NCBI GenBank assembly: GCA_028288965.1
Contig: JAQGHD010000023.1
Span: forward strand, 7,249-71,248
Origin: Candidatus Saccharimonadota bacterium
Lineage (GTDB): Bacteria; Patescibacteriota; Saccharimonadia; Saccharimonadales; JAQGHD01
Reading direction: 5' to 3'
DNA length: 64,000 bases
Position 1 is the stretch's first letter. The number at the start of each line of letters is the position of its first letter. The translations under genes and the position numbers were made by a program. Shown here in pieces: positions 35,760-47,114 of the stretch. The notes beneath the pieces are model-generated. The model did no database searches. It was given only the letters and a program-made list of their open reading frames with translations, and was not told the origin of the DNA.

Positions 35760-36785
35760 ATGGTTGCACGGCAATCGCGTCCCCACGCCAAGCGGCAGGG
35801 GCGCCACCAAAAACACACAAAACATTTTCTCCAAGTCTACTGGCCATATATGCCGTTGATGTCTATTGTGCTGGCCGGATTATTTATTGCTACACCCTGG
35901 AAAACACCACAACAATCCGCTCAAGGTGTGCTGGCCTATGCCACTAACACCTCTGTGGACGGCTTATTGCAAGAGACAAATAATCAGCGCGCCAGCAGCG
36001 GTCAGAAGAGTCTCAGTCTAAATAGTAAATTGGTCTCCGCAGCCCAAGCTAAAGCGGCTGACATGGTAGCCAAGAATTATTGGTCACACACTACTCCGAG
36101 CGGCCAGCAACCATGGATTTTTGTTGATGCCGCAGGGTATAGGTACCAAAAAGCTGGCGAAAATTTAGCCTATGGTTTCACCACCAGCTCCTACACGGTG
36201 GCCGGATGGATGAATAGCCCGTCGCACCGCGACAATATGCTTGATAGTAACTTTAGCGAAGTTGGTTTTGGCATTGCCAACGCGGCCGATTACCAAAGTA
36301 CCGGACCAGAAACAGTCGTGGTAGCCTTTTATAGTGAACCAGCCGTCCTAGCTTCTAGCAGCGTAGCGCCCAGCTCTGGTGTGCCAACCACAAGTGCTAC
36401 CAAGCCGCTGCCCAAGAAGGCTGCGGCAGCAGCGGCTCCTACTCCAGCCAGCGCCGTACCAGTAGCCGCAGCCGAGCCTCCCAAGTCAGAACCCAAGACT
36501 GATGCTATTACGACTGAACGTAAAATTGCGGCTGAGCCCACTTCGCAGAATATCTCCCGCATTCAAGCCATAACTAATGGCCGCATGCCGTGGATCGGCT
36601 ACGCCACCGGGCTATTAACCGGTGCCGCCATTGCAGTGCTGATTTTAAAGCATGGTTTGGTACTTAAACGCATGTTGCTCAATGGCGAGCGCTTTATTTA
36701 CCATCACGCCCTGTTTGACGTCACAATTGTCTCTTTTATGGCATTGTGTATTGTCTCGGCCCACAGCGTCGGTGTTATTAGATAA
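35760..36785 (+). CDS. CAP/SCP (PR-1-like) domain protein flanked by transmembrane segments
   Basis: The CAP core contains YWSHTTPSGQQPW, GENLAYGF and WMNSPSHRDNML..VGFGI. An N-terminal TM precedes it, and an Ala/Pro-rich linker plus two C-terminal hydrophobic segments follow it. I moved the start to ATG 35760, just after the upstream TrmH-family gene's stop. Confidence 0.75.
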   Translation: MVARQSRPHAKRQGRHQKHTKHFLQVYWPYMPLMSIVLAGLFIATPWKTPQQSAQGVLAYATNTSVDGLLQETNNQRASSGQKSLSLNSKLVSAAQAKAADMVAKNYWSHTTPSGQQPWIFVDAAGYRYQKAGENLAYGFTTSSYTVAGWMNSPSHRDNMLDSNFSEVGFGIANAADYQSTGPETVVVAFYSEPAVLASSSVAPSSGVPTTSATKPLPKKAAAAAAPTPASAVPVAAAEPPKSEPKTDAITTERKIAAEPTSQNISRIQAITNGRMPWIGYATGLLTGAAIAVLILKHGLVLKRMLLNGERFIYHHALFDVTIVSFMALCIVSAHSVGVIR

Positions 36786-36787
36786 GG

Positions 36788-39700
36788 TTACTGCAACTTG
36801 ATGTTGGCTTCTCCAACCAGCGTTTGGAGGGATTGAATTGCTGCGCCATCATGATTTATGCGCATGGGTAGTTTGATGGCTTGGCGTTTGTCAGCGCCTC
36901 CCAGCACTAGTACAACTTCGGTTTCGCCACGGTAACTGTCGATGGTTTCTTTTAAAGACCGGAGTAGCGATTGATCATCGCTATTTTCCATACGGATGTA
37001 CAAACGCCTGGAACGAGACAGCGTGGCGGTTTCGGTCACTGGAGTAACGGGCACCGCTTTAATTTTCTTAGGTTTTGGCACCCTGGCCTTTTTTCCAGTG
37101 GCCTGATAAGCCATAGCTTGCTCGGGAGTAACTGAGCGTAGATCATTGACCATGACCTTCAACTCACTACTTGATTCGCCGTTGCGATCACGGGTGCTGA
37201 GCTTGCCATTTACGATCACTACGGCGTCTTTAGTCCAGTTGCCAATATTTTGCTGAAAGACACTTGGAAACAGGATGAGTTCTATCTCATTTTTCATGTC
37301 GGCCAACTTCACGAAAGCCATTTTTTGACCGTTTTTAGTAGTAATCTCCCGTTGATCAACAATTATGCCGCCGATTTTAACTGCCTTACCGTCCATATCT
37401 GGCGTCAAGGAGTCGATCGGTACCGTTTGTTCGTTTAATAGTAGCTCGAATTGATCGAGTGGATGCTGCGAAAGGTACAGTCCAAGCAGCTCACGCTCCC
37501 ACAGCAACTGTTCTTGAATGGTTACTGGCGTAGCGGATTCGTTCAGGGCTAATTTGGGTGTAGCCAGGAGTTCTGCTCCGTCACTGCCAAATAAATCGGT
37601 TTGGCCGCTACTGGCCTGTTTGTGTACCCGGGAGGCAAAGGCCCCTAAAGCGTCAAGATTGTGGAGTAACATGCCGCGCTGAAGGCCCAGTGCATCAAAG
37701 GCCCCAGATTTAATCAGGCTTTCTAACGTCTTTCGATTCACGACTCGCGGATTTATACGGGCCAAAAAGTCTTCGATGCTTACGAATTTGCCGCCCTCAG
37801 TTCTGGCCCGCAGTATTTCTTCTACGGCGCCGGTGCCAACATTCTTAATAGCTGCCATGCCAAAGCGAATTTGATTGTTTCCAGGCACAATAGCAAATTC
37901 CAAAAATGATTCATTGACGTCTGGCGCCATGACTTCCAGCCCCATGTGCCGACACGCAGAGATCTCAATACTCAATCGGTCGGTATTGTCATAATCGCTG
38001 GTCATCAGCGCTGCCATGTAAGCACTGGGATAATTTGCCTTCAGATAGGCCGTCCAGTAAGAAATCTGGGCATAGCAGGTGGCATGGGCCTTGTTAAAGG
38101 AGTAGTCCGCAAAGGGCTGAATCTGCGCCCACAACTGAGCGGCCTGCGTTTTGCCAAGTCCTTGGCGCAAACAGCCCTCAATAAACTTTGGCTCTTCGGC
38201 CTTCATGATATCGCGTTTTTTCTTACCAATGGCTTTGCGGACCAGGTCAGCTTCGCCCGGCGTGTAGCCAGCCACTAGCTGCAGCAGCTTAATAATCTGC
38301 TCCTGGTAGACCATTACCCCGTAGGTATCGTGCAAAATAGGCTCCAGAGACTGATGCAAATAGGTAATTGAGGCAGGGTTGTTTTTGCCTTCAATAAAGC
38401 GTGGAATTTCAGACATTGGCCCGGGGCGATACAGCGCCCCCATAGCAATAATATCTTCAAACATAGTAGGCTTGAGCTCTTTTAAGTAGCGCTTCATGCC
38501 CGAAGATTCTAACTGAAAAACACCGGTGGTGTCGCCAGTTTTTAGCAGTTGAAAGGTTTTAGCGTCGTCCAGTGGTATGGCGCCCAGTTCGATATCTTTT
38601 TTGTAGACCCGTTTAATGATTCTCAAAGCGTTTTTAATAATAGTGAGGTTGGACAGGCCCAGAAAGTCCATCTTAAGTAAACCAAGTTCTTCAATAGGCC
38701 CCATAGAGTACTGGGTGGCTACCACGCCTTTTTGGGCCATTTCAAGCGGCACAAACTTAACAATGTCGTCGGGCGCAATCACCACGCCAGCAGCGTGAAC
38801 ACCGTGGCTGCGAATAGTTCCTTCTAGCTGCACGGCCAGGTCAAAAACTCTTTTGGCTTGCTCGCTTGATTCATACTCTTGTTTGAGCTGAGGATCTTCC
38901 TGTAACGATTTCTCCAGGGGTATGTGGCGACCTTGGACGGGCGGCGGAATCATCTTAGCCATACGGTCTGCTTCGGCGTAGGGAACCTGTAATACACGAG
39001 CGACGTCGCGAACAGCATTACGGGCGGCCATGCGGCCAAAGGTGACTATATTGGCCACGCGATCATCACCATATTTTTCAACACAGTACTGGATAACTTC
39101 GTCACGCCGAGTGTCCTGAATATCTATATCAATATCTGGCATGCTAATACGGCCTGGGTTCAAAAAACGCTCAAACATGAGGTTGTACTTAAGCGGTTCA
39201 ATTTCGGTAATTCTAATGGCGTAAGCCACGATAGAACCAGCTGCCGAACCGCGCCCAGGTCCAAAAACAATACCCTTGTCCTTACCCCAAGTAATAAAAT
39301 CCTGCACAATCAAGAAATAGCCATTAAAGCCCATTGAATTTATAATCTCTAGCTCGTACTCAGCTCGCTCAATTATCTCTTTACTCAGTGATTTGCGGGC
39401 GGCCGCAATAGTAAGCTTTTCGCTAGCTGCGGCACTGGCATTGCCATAACGCCAGGCCAAGCCTTGCCAAACAAGCTGTTTAAGGTAACTGGTTTCATCT
39501 TCGCCTTTAGGTACCGGAAACTTAGGGATGAGGATTTTACCCAGCTCAATAGCTACGTCACATCTGTTGGCAATTTCGGAAGTGTTTTTGATAACCTCGG
39601 GGTGGTCTTGGCCCCAACGCTCAATGACCTCACCAGGATCCGTTACGTGCAACTCAAATTGCTTGAGACTCATGCGCTGCGTATCTGATAAAAATGATCC

Positions 39701-40429
39701 GGTCTGCACGCACAGTAAAATCTCGTGCGCTTCTTGATCCTCGTGTTTCAAATAGTGAGCATCGCAGGTCACGACCGCCTTAATGTCCAGCTCTTCGGCG
39801 AGTTTGAGCAGCTTTTTGTTGGCCTCTACTTGCTCATCCCATTTGCTGGGGTGCTTGGGGTGACCATGGTCTTGAATCTCAATGTAATAGCGGTCACCAA
39901 AGACTTTTTTATACCATTGGGCTACTTCCTTGGCTTGTTTGTACTGGTTTTGGCGCATTAGATCACCCACTTCACCACCGATACAGCCACTCAAGACAAT
40001 GAGTCCCTCGTTATATTTCTCCAGCAAATTATGATCTATCCGTGGTCGATAGTAAAAGCCGTCTAGATTGGCCAGCGTGCTGAGACGCATCAAGTTCTCA
40101 TAGCCAGTATTGTTCATGGCCAGCAGTATGAGGTGAAAATTGTTTTTGTCTTTACCGGGGTCTTTATCGGTATGGCCGCGGGCCGCTATATACGTTTCCA
40201 TACCTATGATCGGCTTGACGTTTCCCGCCTTAGCAGCCTTGTAAAACTCGATGGCCCCGGAGAGCGTGCCATGATCAGTTATGGCCACTGACTGCATCCC
40301 GGCTTCTTTCACGTAATCAATCAGGGCCGGGATTTTGGTGAGCCCGTCCAATAAGCTGTATTGGGTGTGATTATGGAGGTGAACATAATCACCCGCCTCC
40401 AGTTTCTGTGACGCTTTTTTCTCGGCCAT
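36788..40429 (-). CDS. dnaE: DNA polymerase III subunit alpha
   Basis: The 1213-aa ORF has an N-terminal PHP domain (HLHNHTQYSLLDG, VAITDHG), a polymerase core (GPGRGSAAGS, PDIDIDI), an HhH region and an OB fold. Confidence 0.94.
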   Translation of the reverse strand: MAEKKASQKLEAGDYVHLHNHTQYSLLDGLTKIPALIDYVKEAGMQSVAITDHGTLSGAIEFYKAAKAGNVKPIIGMETYIAARGHTDKDPGKDKNNFHLILLAMNNTGYENLMRLSTLANLDGFYYRPRIDHNLLEKYNEGLIVLSGCIGGEVGDLMRQNQYKQAKEVAQWYKKVFGDRYYIEIQDHGHPKHPSKWDEQVEANKKLLKLAEELDIKAVVTCDAHYLKHEDQEAHEILLCVQTGSFLSDTQRMSLKQFELHVTDPGEVIERWGQDHPEVIKNTSEIANRCDVAIELGKILIPKFPVPKGEDETSYLKQLVWQGLAWRYGNASAAASEKLTIAAARKSLSKEIIERAEYELEIINSMGFNGYFLIVQDFITWGKDKGIVFGPGRGSAAGSIVAYAIRITEIEPLKYNLMFERFLNPGRISMPDIDIDIQDTRRDEVIQYCVEKYGDDRVANIVTFGRMAARNAVRDVARVLQVPYAEADRMAKMIPPPVQGRHIPLEKSLQEDPQLKQEYESSEQAKRVFDLAVQLEGTIRSHGVHAAGVVIAPDDIVKFVPLEMAQKGVVATQYSMGPIEELGLLKMDFLGLSNLTIIKNALRIIKRVYKKDIELGAIPLDDAKTFQLLKTGDTTGVFQLESSGMKRYLKELKPTMFEDIIAMGALYRPGPMSEIPRFIEGKNNPASITYLHQSLEPILHDTYGVMVYQEQIIKLLQLVAGYTPGEADLVRKAIGKKKRDIMKAEEPKFIEGCLRQGLGKTQAAQLWAQIQPFADYSFNKAHATCYAQISYWTAYLKANYPSAYMAALMTSDYDNTDRLSIEISACRHMGLEVMAPDVNESFLEFAIVPGNNQIRFGMAAIKNVGTGAVEEILRARTEGGKFVSIEDFLARINPRVVNRKTLESLIKSGAFDALGLQRGMLLHNLDALGAFASRVHKQASSGQTDLFGSDGAELLATPKLALNESATPVTIQEQLLWERELLGLYLSQHPLDQFELLLNEQTVPIDSLTPDMDGKAVKIGGIIVDQREITTKNGQKMAFVKLADMKNEIELILFPSVFQQNIGNWTKDAVVIVNGKLSTRDRNGESSSELKVMVNDLRSVTPEQAMAYQATGKKARVPKPKKIKAVPVTPVTETATLSRSRRLYIRMENSDDQSLLRSLKETIDSYRGETEVVLVLGGADKRQAIKLPMRINHDGAAIQSLQTLVGEANIKLQ

Positions 40430-40494
40430 GAACCCTCTTTTCGGACCTTATTATAACTGACCGGTTTAAGCAAAAGAAGCGTATGTCTTTAAAA

Positions 40495-40761
40495 TTACGG
40501 CCGCTTTTCTTGGACGGTGTGGCGAATATTGTTCACAAACGGGCCAATGACGGGCACTTGTTTAAAAAACGATAGGACCCAAATTACCAATGCCACAATT
40601 ATAGTCGCGCCAAGTACCCCGCCCACACCGCTAACTAGGCCCTTAATAAAGCTCATTTTGTAAGTTTGGCCCTTGTCTAAGTACCCTGATTCATAAATGT
40701 TAGACACCAGGCGGCCCAACTGTTCATAGTCCTTTGGCGTTTTAGGCTTTGGCTTGGCCAT
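40495..40761 (-). CDS. Small membrane protein (DUF5665-like)
   Basis: The 88-aa ORF has one Gly-rich TM (GLVSGVGGVLGATIIVALVIWVL). It is directly adjacent to the YtxH gene, with no gap. Confidence 0.5.
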   Translation of the reverse strand: MAKPKPKTPKDYEQLGRLVSNIYESGYLDKGQTYKMSFIKGLVSGVGGVLGATIIVALVIWVLSFFKQVPVIGPFVNNIRHTVQEKRP

Positions 40762-41163
40762 TTACTTTGTAAGATATGATTTTAGGTGGTTGAGTGCCTT
40801 GGAACCTTCTTTAATGGCCTTTTGCAGATCTTTATTATCAGCGCCGCCATCGTGCAAGGCGCTTAAGAGTTCACGGGCTTTTTGCTGAGCTTCGGTGGCC
40901 GCACCCACTGCCCGGCTGTAACCGGCTTTGGCTTTACTGCTAGCTTCGTTGGCCTTGGTTTTGCTCTGGTCTATAAGATCAGTCAATTCGCTGTGCAGCT
41001 TTTTGAGTTGCTTTTCGGCCTCTGTTTTGGCTTGGGCGGCTGCTTTTTGGATGTCTTGGCGTGTTTCTTTGCCACTTTTTGGGGCTGTCAATATCCCAGC
41101 CACGTAACCGACGGCTCCCGCCACTAATGCTCCGGCGGCTAATTTCTTTCCATATTTTGCCAT
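40762..41163 (-). CDS. YtxH domain protein
   Basis: The N-terminal signature is LVAGAVGYVAGILTAPKSGKETRQDI (G-rich helix plus APKSGKETR). The remainder is a long helical A/K/E-rich region. Confidence 0.8.
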   Translation of the reverse strand: MAKYGKKLAAGALVAGAVGYVAGILTAPKSGKETRQDIQKAAAQAKTEAEKQLKKLHSELTDLIDQSKTKANEASSKAKAGYSRAVGAATEAQQKARELLSALHDGGADNKDLQKAIKEGSKALNHLKSYLTK

Positions 41164-41172
41164 CTTGCCCTC

Positions 41173-41439
41173 CTATTTTTCCTTGGATTTACGTTTGAAT
41201 ACCGTCTCGTGGATGTTAGCCAAAAGCCGGCCGATGGCGACAGGAGTAGCGCTACTGCGAAAAAAGTCCGCCACGTCTTCGGCTTTGTTAGTTAGCCGTT
41301 CGGCCTTTTCGACAATCCGCTTTAGAGCGTTCACTAATTGAATAACCCTGATGACAACCACAATACTTAAAATAAGAAACAACGCTAATACAGCCGACAA
41401 AACAATAACTAAAATCTTAAGACTGGTATTAGCATCCAT
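41173..41439 (-). CDS. Small membrane protein (DUF948-like)
   Basis: The 88-aa ORF has an N-terminal TM (ILVIVLSAVLALFLILSIVVVI) followed by a short helical region. It is paired with the YtxH gene, as in many Gram-positive bacteria. Confidence 0.5.
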   Translation of the reverse strand: MDANTSLKILVIVLSAVLALFLILSIVVVIRVIQLVNALKRIVEKAERLTNKAEDVADFFRSSATPVAIGRLLANIHETVFKRKSKEK

Positions 41440-41509
41440 ACCTTAATGTATAGCAGTTTGTCAGCACCAATACAAGTAAGCATCTTTCATTATGGCCGGA
41501 ATTATGGTC

Positions 41510-41538
41510 TTGTAATTTCTTAAGACTAGGAATACAAT
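41510..41538 (+). promoter_or_regulatory. Candidate promoter (TTGTAA-N17-TACAAT), possibly giving a near-leaderless transcript
   Basis: TTGTAA lies at 41510-41515 and TACAAT at 41533-41538. The ATG at 41548 is only 9 nt after the -10, and there is no Shine-Dalgarno. Confidence 0.35.
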
Positions 41539-42260
41539 ATTGTTCTCATGGAGTCAACTACATTACAAGAGACGAAATCAGAGCTTGAAGTATTATTCTG
41601 GCAGCTTGTACCCGTTGCCGAAACCCTCTACGGTAATTTGGAATACCACGGCTTTGCGCATCCTCTTCACGTGTTTGAAACTGCCTGGCAAATTGCCGAC
41701 GAGTGTGAAGAAAATGGCTTATCAGTAAACAGAAAGACTTTACTGGCCATGGTGTTATTTCACGACGCCGGTTTTCAGGATTGGGATGAAAGCCAGTTTA
41801 GCTCTCGTGAAGCCTACGCAGCTTTTCTGACTGGCAGCATCCTACCGGATTTTGGCTACACCGATGAAGAAATTATTGAGGTGCAGGCCGGCATCGCCGC
41901 CACGGAGTTGGGCATTAAGCCTGCCAGCCTAGAAGCCAAAATTATGCGCCGAGCCGATTTGTTTGGTATTCAAAATTATCAAACACTGCTTGAAGGAAGT
42001 TACAAACTATTACAAGAAAGTTGTAAGCTAGGCGGCGACTTCCCATCCCGTGATCAAATAGCCAAGGCCAAGGCCTTTGGAATAGACATTCTTGGGAAAT
42101 ACCTAGAAGATGATGAGCCATTGCATGCAGGTGATGTCGACCCCGTCACGGGCAAGTCTAAATACTACATGAAAGCCAAACTGGCGCTGGCTCAAATGAA
42201 ATCAGAACAAGTTACCGTACTTGAGATGCGCTATAAAGATATTGCCGCCCGTCTGGCGGC

Positions 42261-43719
<1,459 letters not shown>

Positions 43720-43748
<29 letters not shown>

Positions 43749-44142
43749 TATCTTTTAGCGCCTGACGAAAATGAATCAGGGCTTGCTTGACCTGTTTTTC
43801 GCGCAGTCGGACATTTGTGCCCTCTTTCAGTTTTTTACTCAGATTGTGGCTGGACCACACCCCATCGTTATCACTGAGGGCATGTTGAGCAGAAACTAAT
43901 CGCTCGCCCATACGCTTACCCTTAAAGCGCCGCTTTTTTAAGGCTTTATTTAAGAGTTCATCGGAGGCCATGATGGCCTTAGCCCAGGTTTCCTTATTGG
44001 AGCAATATTTTTGTAGCTGCTTCCACTGATTAACAAAGGGTGCTTGTTTGAACCTACCTGATTTGCGCCGCCGCCTGGAAATGAAAATACTCAGTAAGCC
44101 CGAGACCACGATGGCTGCGATGGCTATAAGAATTATCTTCAT
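43720..44142 (-). CDS. Single-pass membrane protein of unknown function inserted between gatA and gatB
   Basis: The 140-aa ORF has an N-terminal TM (IILIAIAAIVVSGLLSIFI) followed by RRRRKSGR, consistent with positive-inside topology, and then a basic helical domain. It is the only ORF covering 43749-44138. It overlaps the gatA stop by 4 nt and the gatB start by 14-29 nt. Confidence 0.7.
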
Positions 44143-45563
44143 ACCAACACCTCCTCGGCTGCCTTGGCAAGAGCCAATAAAGCGCGGTCTTGACGCTGTG
44201 GTGCCAGAAGCTGCAAGCCAATGGGCAGTTTATGGGCCGACCCAACAGGGATGCTTATGGCTGGCACGCCGGCTAAGTTGGCGCCCACGGTCATGATATC
44301 TGTTAGATACATTTGCAGCGGGTCGCTGACATTTTGCCCAATCTCAAAAGCCACCATTGGCGCAGTCGGTCCAAGCAAGAAATCGACCTGGCTGAAAGCC
44401 TTCTCGTATTCTTTGATAAGTTTTGTACGGATGAGCTGGGCCCGTTTGTAGTAGGCATCGTAATAGCCGCTACTCAGCACATAAGTGCCGATCATAATGC
44501 GTCTTTTAGCTTCATCACCAAAACCCTCACTTCGTGACCAATTGTAGCTTTCCTCTAGGTTTTTAGCGTTCTGGGCAAAGTAGCCATAGTGCTGGCCATC
44601 ATAACGACTTAAGTTAGAGCTTACCTCGGCAGGCATAATAATGTAGTAGCAGGCCAGCGCTAGGGTAAGCGACGGCAAACTTACCTCTGTTATTTCGGCT
44701 CCCGAAGTTTTGAGTTTGGCGATTGACGCATCAATAGAACGCTTAATTTCAGGGTCGAGGCCCTGGCCCATATATTCCTTTATAACACCGATTTTTTTAC
44801 CTTTAATATCGCTACCAAGCACGGTATAGCTAGTTTTATCGCGGTCAATAGTTGTGGAGTCCAGACGATCTTTACCAGCCATAACGTCAAGCACCAGAGC
44901 GGCGTCTTCAACAGTAGTCGTTAGCGGCCCAATAACATCGGTACTGCTGGCCATAGCAATAACGCCTGAACGCGAGACCAACCCATAGGTGGGCTTATAG
45001 CCAACAGCCCCAGTAAAAGCCGCCGGTAACCTAATAGAGCCGCCAGTGTCCGTACCCAGCGCGAAGGGGGCTAGCCCTAAAACCACTGCGGTCGCGGAGC
45101 CGCCCGATGAGCCGCCGGGCACTCGCTTAGAATCATGGGGATTTTTAGTAGTCATAAAATCACTATTTTCAGTACTGGAACCATGAGCAAAGGCATCAAG
45201 ATTGGCCTTGGCTACACAAATGGCGCCCTCGGCCTCCAGTAATTCTATAGCCGTCGCCTGATAAGGCGCTTTAAACCCTTTTAAAATATTACTAGCAGCC
45301 GTTGTTTCGCTGCCAAACGTTAAGAAATTATCCTTAGCAATAAAGGGTACACCGGCCAGCCGTCCAATTTTCTCACCCTTTGCCACCCGGGCATCAATGT
45401 CACGAGCTCGCACCACGGAACGATCAGTAATAACAGCAATGATCGCTTGATACTCTTGGGTATCTTGGATGCGCTTTAAAGATTCAGCTACCAGGTCGGT
45501 GGCCTTAGTTTTACCGGCTGATACGTCGGCGGCAATTTGAGCAATGGCAGGCCAAGTGCTCAT
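44139..45563 (-). CDS. gatA: Asp/Glu-tRNA amidotransferase subunit A
   Basis: The 474-aa ORF has the amidase signature GGSSGGSATAV, with Ser-cisSer-Lys context (GTDTGGSIRLPAA). Confidence 0.93.
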   Translation of the reverse strand: MSTWPAIAQIAADVSAGKTKATDLVAESLKRIQDTQEYQAIIAVITDRSVVRARDIDARVAKGEKIGRLAGVPFIAKDNFLTFGSETTAASNILKGFKAPYQATAIELLEAEGAICVAKANLDAFAHGSSTENSDFMTTKNPHDSKRVPGGSSGGSATAVVLGLAPFALGTDTGGSIRLPAAFTGAVGYKPTYGLVSRSGVIAMASSTDVIGPLTTTVEDAALVLDVMAGKDRLDSTTIDRDKTSYTVLGSDIKGKKIGVIKEYMGQGLDPEIKRSIDASIAKLKTSGAEITEVSLPSLTLALACYYIIMPAEVSSNLSRYDGQHYGYFAQNAKNLEESYNWSRSEGFGDEAKRRIMIGTYVLSSGYYDAYYKRAQLIRTKLIKEYEKAFSQVDFLLGPTAPMVAFEIGQNVSDPLQMYLTDIMTVGANLAGVPAISIPVGSAHKLPIGLQLLAPQRQDRALLALAKAAEEVLV

Positions 45564-45856
45564 TAATTGAGCATCCTTTTGACCTTAAAATGACCTTTTT
45601 CGGTGGCCGGCGCGTTTTTGAGCAGTTCTTCTGGCGTGGTGCCGTAGCTCACTTCCTCATCGGGACGCATAACGTTTGTCAGACCGGTAACCTGGTGCGT
45701 TGGCTCCAGTCCGCCCACATCAGCCTTCTGTAATTGCTCTACATAACCCAGGATAGCGCTAATTTCTTTTTGAAATTTATCTACTTCTTCATGGGTCAGC
45801 TGCAGGCGCGCCAGTTTTGCCAATCTTAATACATCCGCTTGTGTGAGGTCCGCCAT
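45563..45856 (-). CDS. gatC: Asp/Glu-tRNA amidotransferase subunit C
   Basis: The 97-aa ORF contains VLRLAKLARLQLTHEEVDKFQKEISAILGYVEQL, typical of GatC. It overlaps gatA by 1 nt (TAATG). Confidence 0.9.
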   Translation of the reverse strand: MADLTQADVLRLAKLARLQLTHEEVDKFQKEISAILGYVEQLQKADVGGLEPTHQVTGLTNVMRPDEEVSYGTTPEELLKNAPATEKGHFKVKRMLN

Positions 45857-45983
45857 ATGTAATTCAAGTATATCAAAAATACACTCCTGGAATGAAATAC
45901 CCCATAAAATTCCCTATTTACAAACCTAAACTCCAGGACTACGATAAAGATAAGCGAGAAATCTCTCAGACAAGAAGAAAGTA

Positions 45984-47114
45984 ATGTTATTTACCGAAAA
46001 GCTACAGATTACTCCACAGCAACCAACAATTCATGGCGAAGTTAGTGCGCCGGTAACTGATATTCAGTCTCTTTCCCCGGTTGATGAAGCTGTTTATTAT
46101 TCACCCGGCGAAACGCCTAACCCAGTCGTTAACCGAAGACTTTTAGACACTGATCGCCATGCTAGGTTTGGTGACAGTTGGACGGAAATCTTTACCATGA
46201 AGAATGGTCGACGCTATGAAGTGGTCACTAACGTACCCCGAAAGCAACGATCTGAAGTTCCCATAGTCTTTACCACTGCGCTTGGTACTAGCATTCGTGG
46301 ACACAATTGGCACACTATGCAGCAAATGATGGATACCGGTTTTTCAGTTGTTATGGTTGGACCAGAAGGTGGTCACGCTTCTTGGCCGCATAGCAAGCGA
46401 GGTTGGAAGCAGTTTATGCATAATTTGACCAATATAAGTCTTGAAGAAACAGCCGAAAACATGCATGAGATTTTAAATGTCACTGATCATCTATATCTTT
46501 ATGAACCGGGTGGCGCCATTAATATTGGTGAGTCGCGTGGTGGCGGTGCTGGCATGGGTTTCAAAGCCCGGGCTTCACGTTTTGGCCGGCAGGTTTTATA
46601 TTCCGACCTTACTGCTACGCCATTTGCAAAAAAGTTGGCTCTGTTAGAGTCACCAAAGTTGTCCAATGTTCCGGTTAAAGAATTGAAAAGTATTGGCCGA
46701 GTGTTCTTGCGTGGTAAGGTTGACTTAGTTCGGCTTACTCATTATCCAGAAACCTTAAATCTCAACCCTCACTATCTCCTGCACGTGGCGGGCAGCATTC
46801 CTACGCTGTTACGGGGACACTCCGGAAACTTAGCTGATGAAATCGGCCAAGATGCAAAAATGCACAATACGCAATTTGAAGAAGACGGTATGGGACAAGC
46901 CAGCGAGTGGGATGAGAAGTTTAAACATCATCCTTACGTCGTTAATCTACTATTGGCTGGTACACATGTTGATCTTGCCCAAGATTGGGTGCTCGATGCC
47001 CGGGTGGCCAGAATGCGCGGCTTACGTGATGAACTGGAAACAGCCAAAGGTCAGTGGGCTCGGATTGACTGGCGAAACGTTCACATGGGCGAACACATAG
47101 TCCGAGCTGCTTAA
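45984..47114 (+). CDS. Putative alpha/beta-fold hydrolase
   Basis: The 376-aa ORF has a nucleophile-elbow-like G-E-S-R-G-G ([12 protein letters not shown]) after a beta-strand. A possible catalytic His lies near the C-terminus (AGTHVDL). I could not assign a closer family. Confidence 0.45.
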   Translation: MLFTEKLQITPQQPTIHGEVSAPVTDIQSLSPVDEAVYYSPGETPNPVVNRRLLDTDRHARFGDSWTEIFTMKNGRRYEVVTNVPRKQRSEVPIVFTTALGTSIRGHNWHTMQQMMDTGFSVVMVGPEGGHASWPHSKRGWKQFMHNLTNISLEETAENMHEILNVTDHLYLYEPGGAINIGESRGGGAGMGFKARASRFGRQVLYSDLTATPFAKKLALLESPKLSNVPVKELKSIGRVFLRGKVDLVRLTHYPETLNLNPHYLLHVAGSIPTLLRGHSGNLADEIGQDAKMHNTQFEEDGMGQASEWDEKFKHHPYVVNLLLAGTHVDLAQDWVLDARVARMRGLRDELETAKGQWARIDWRNVHMGEHIVRAA

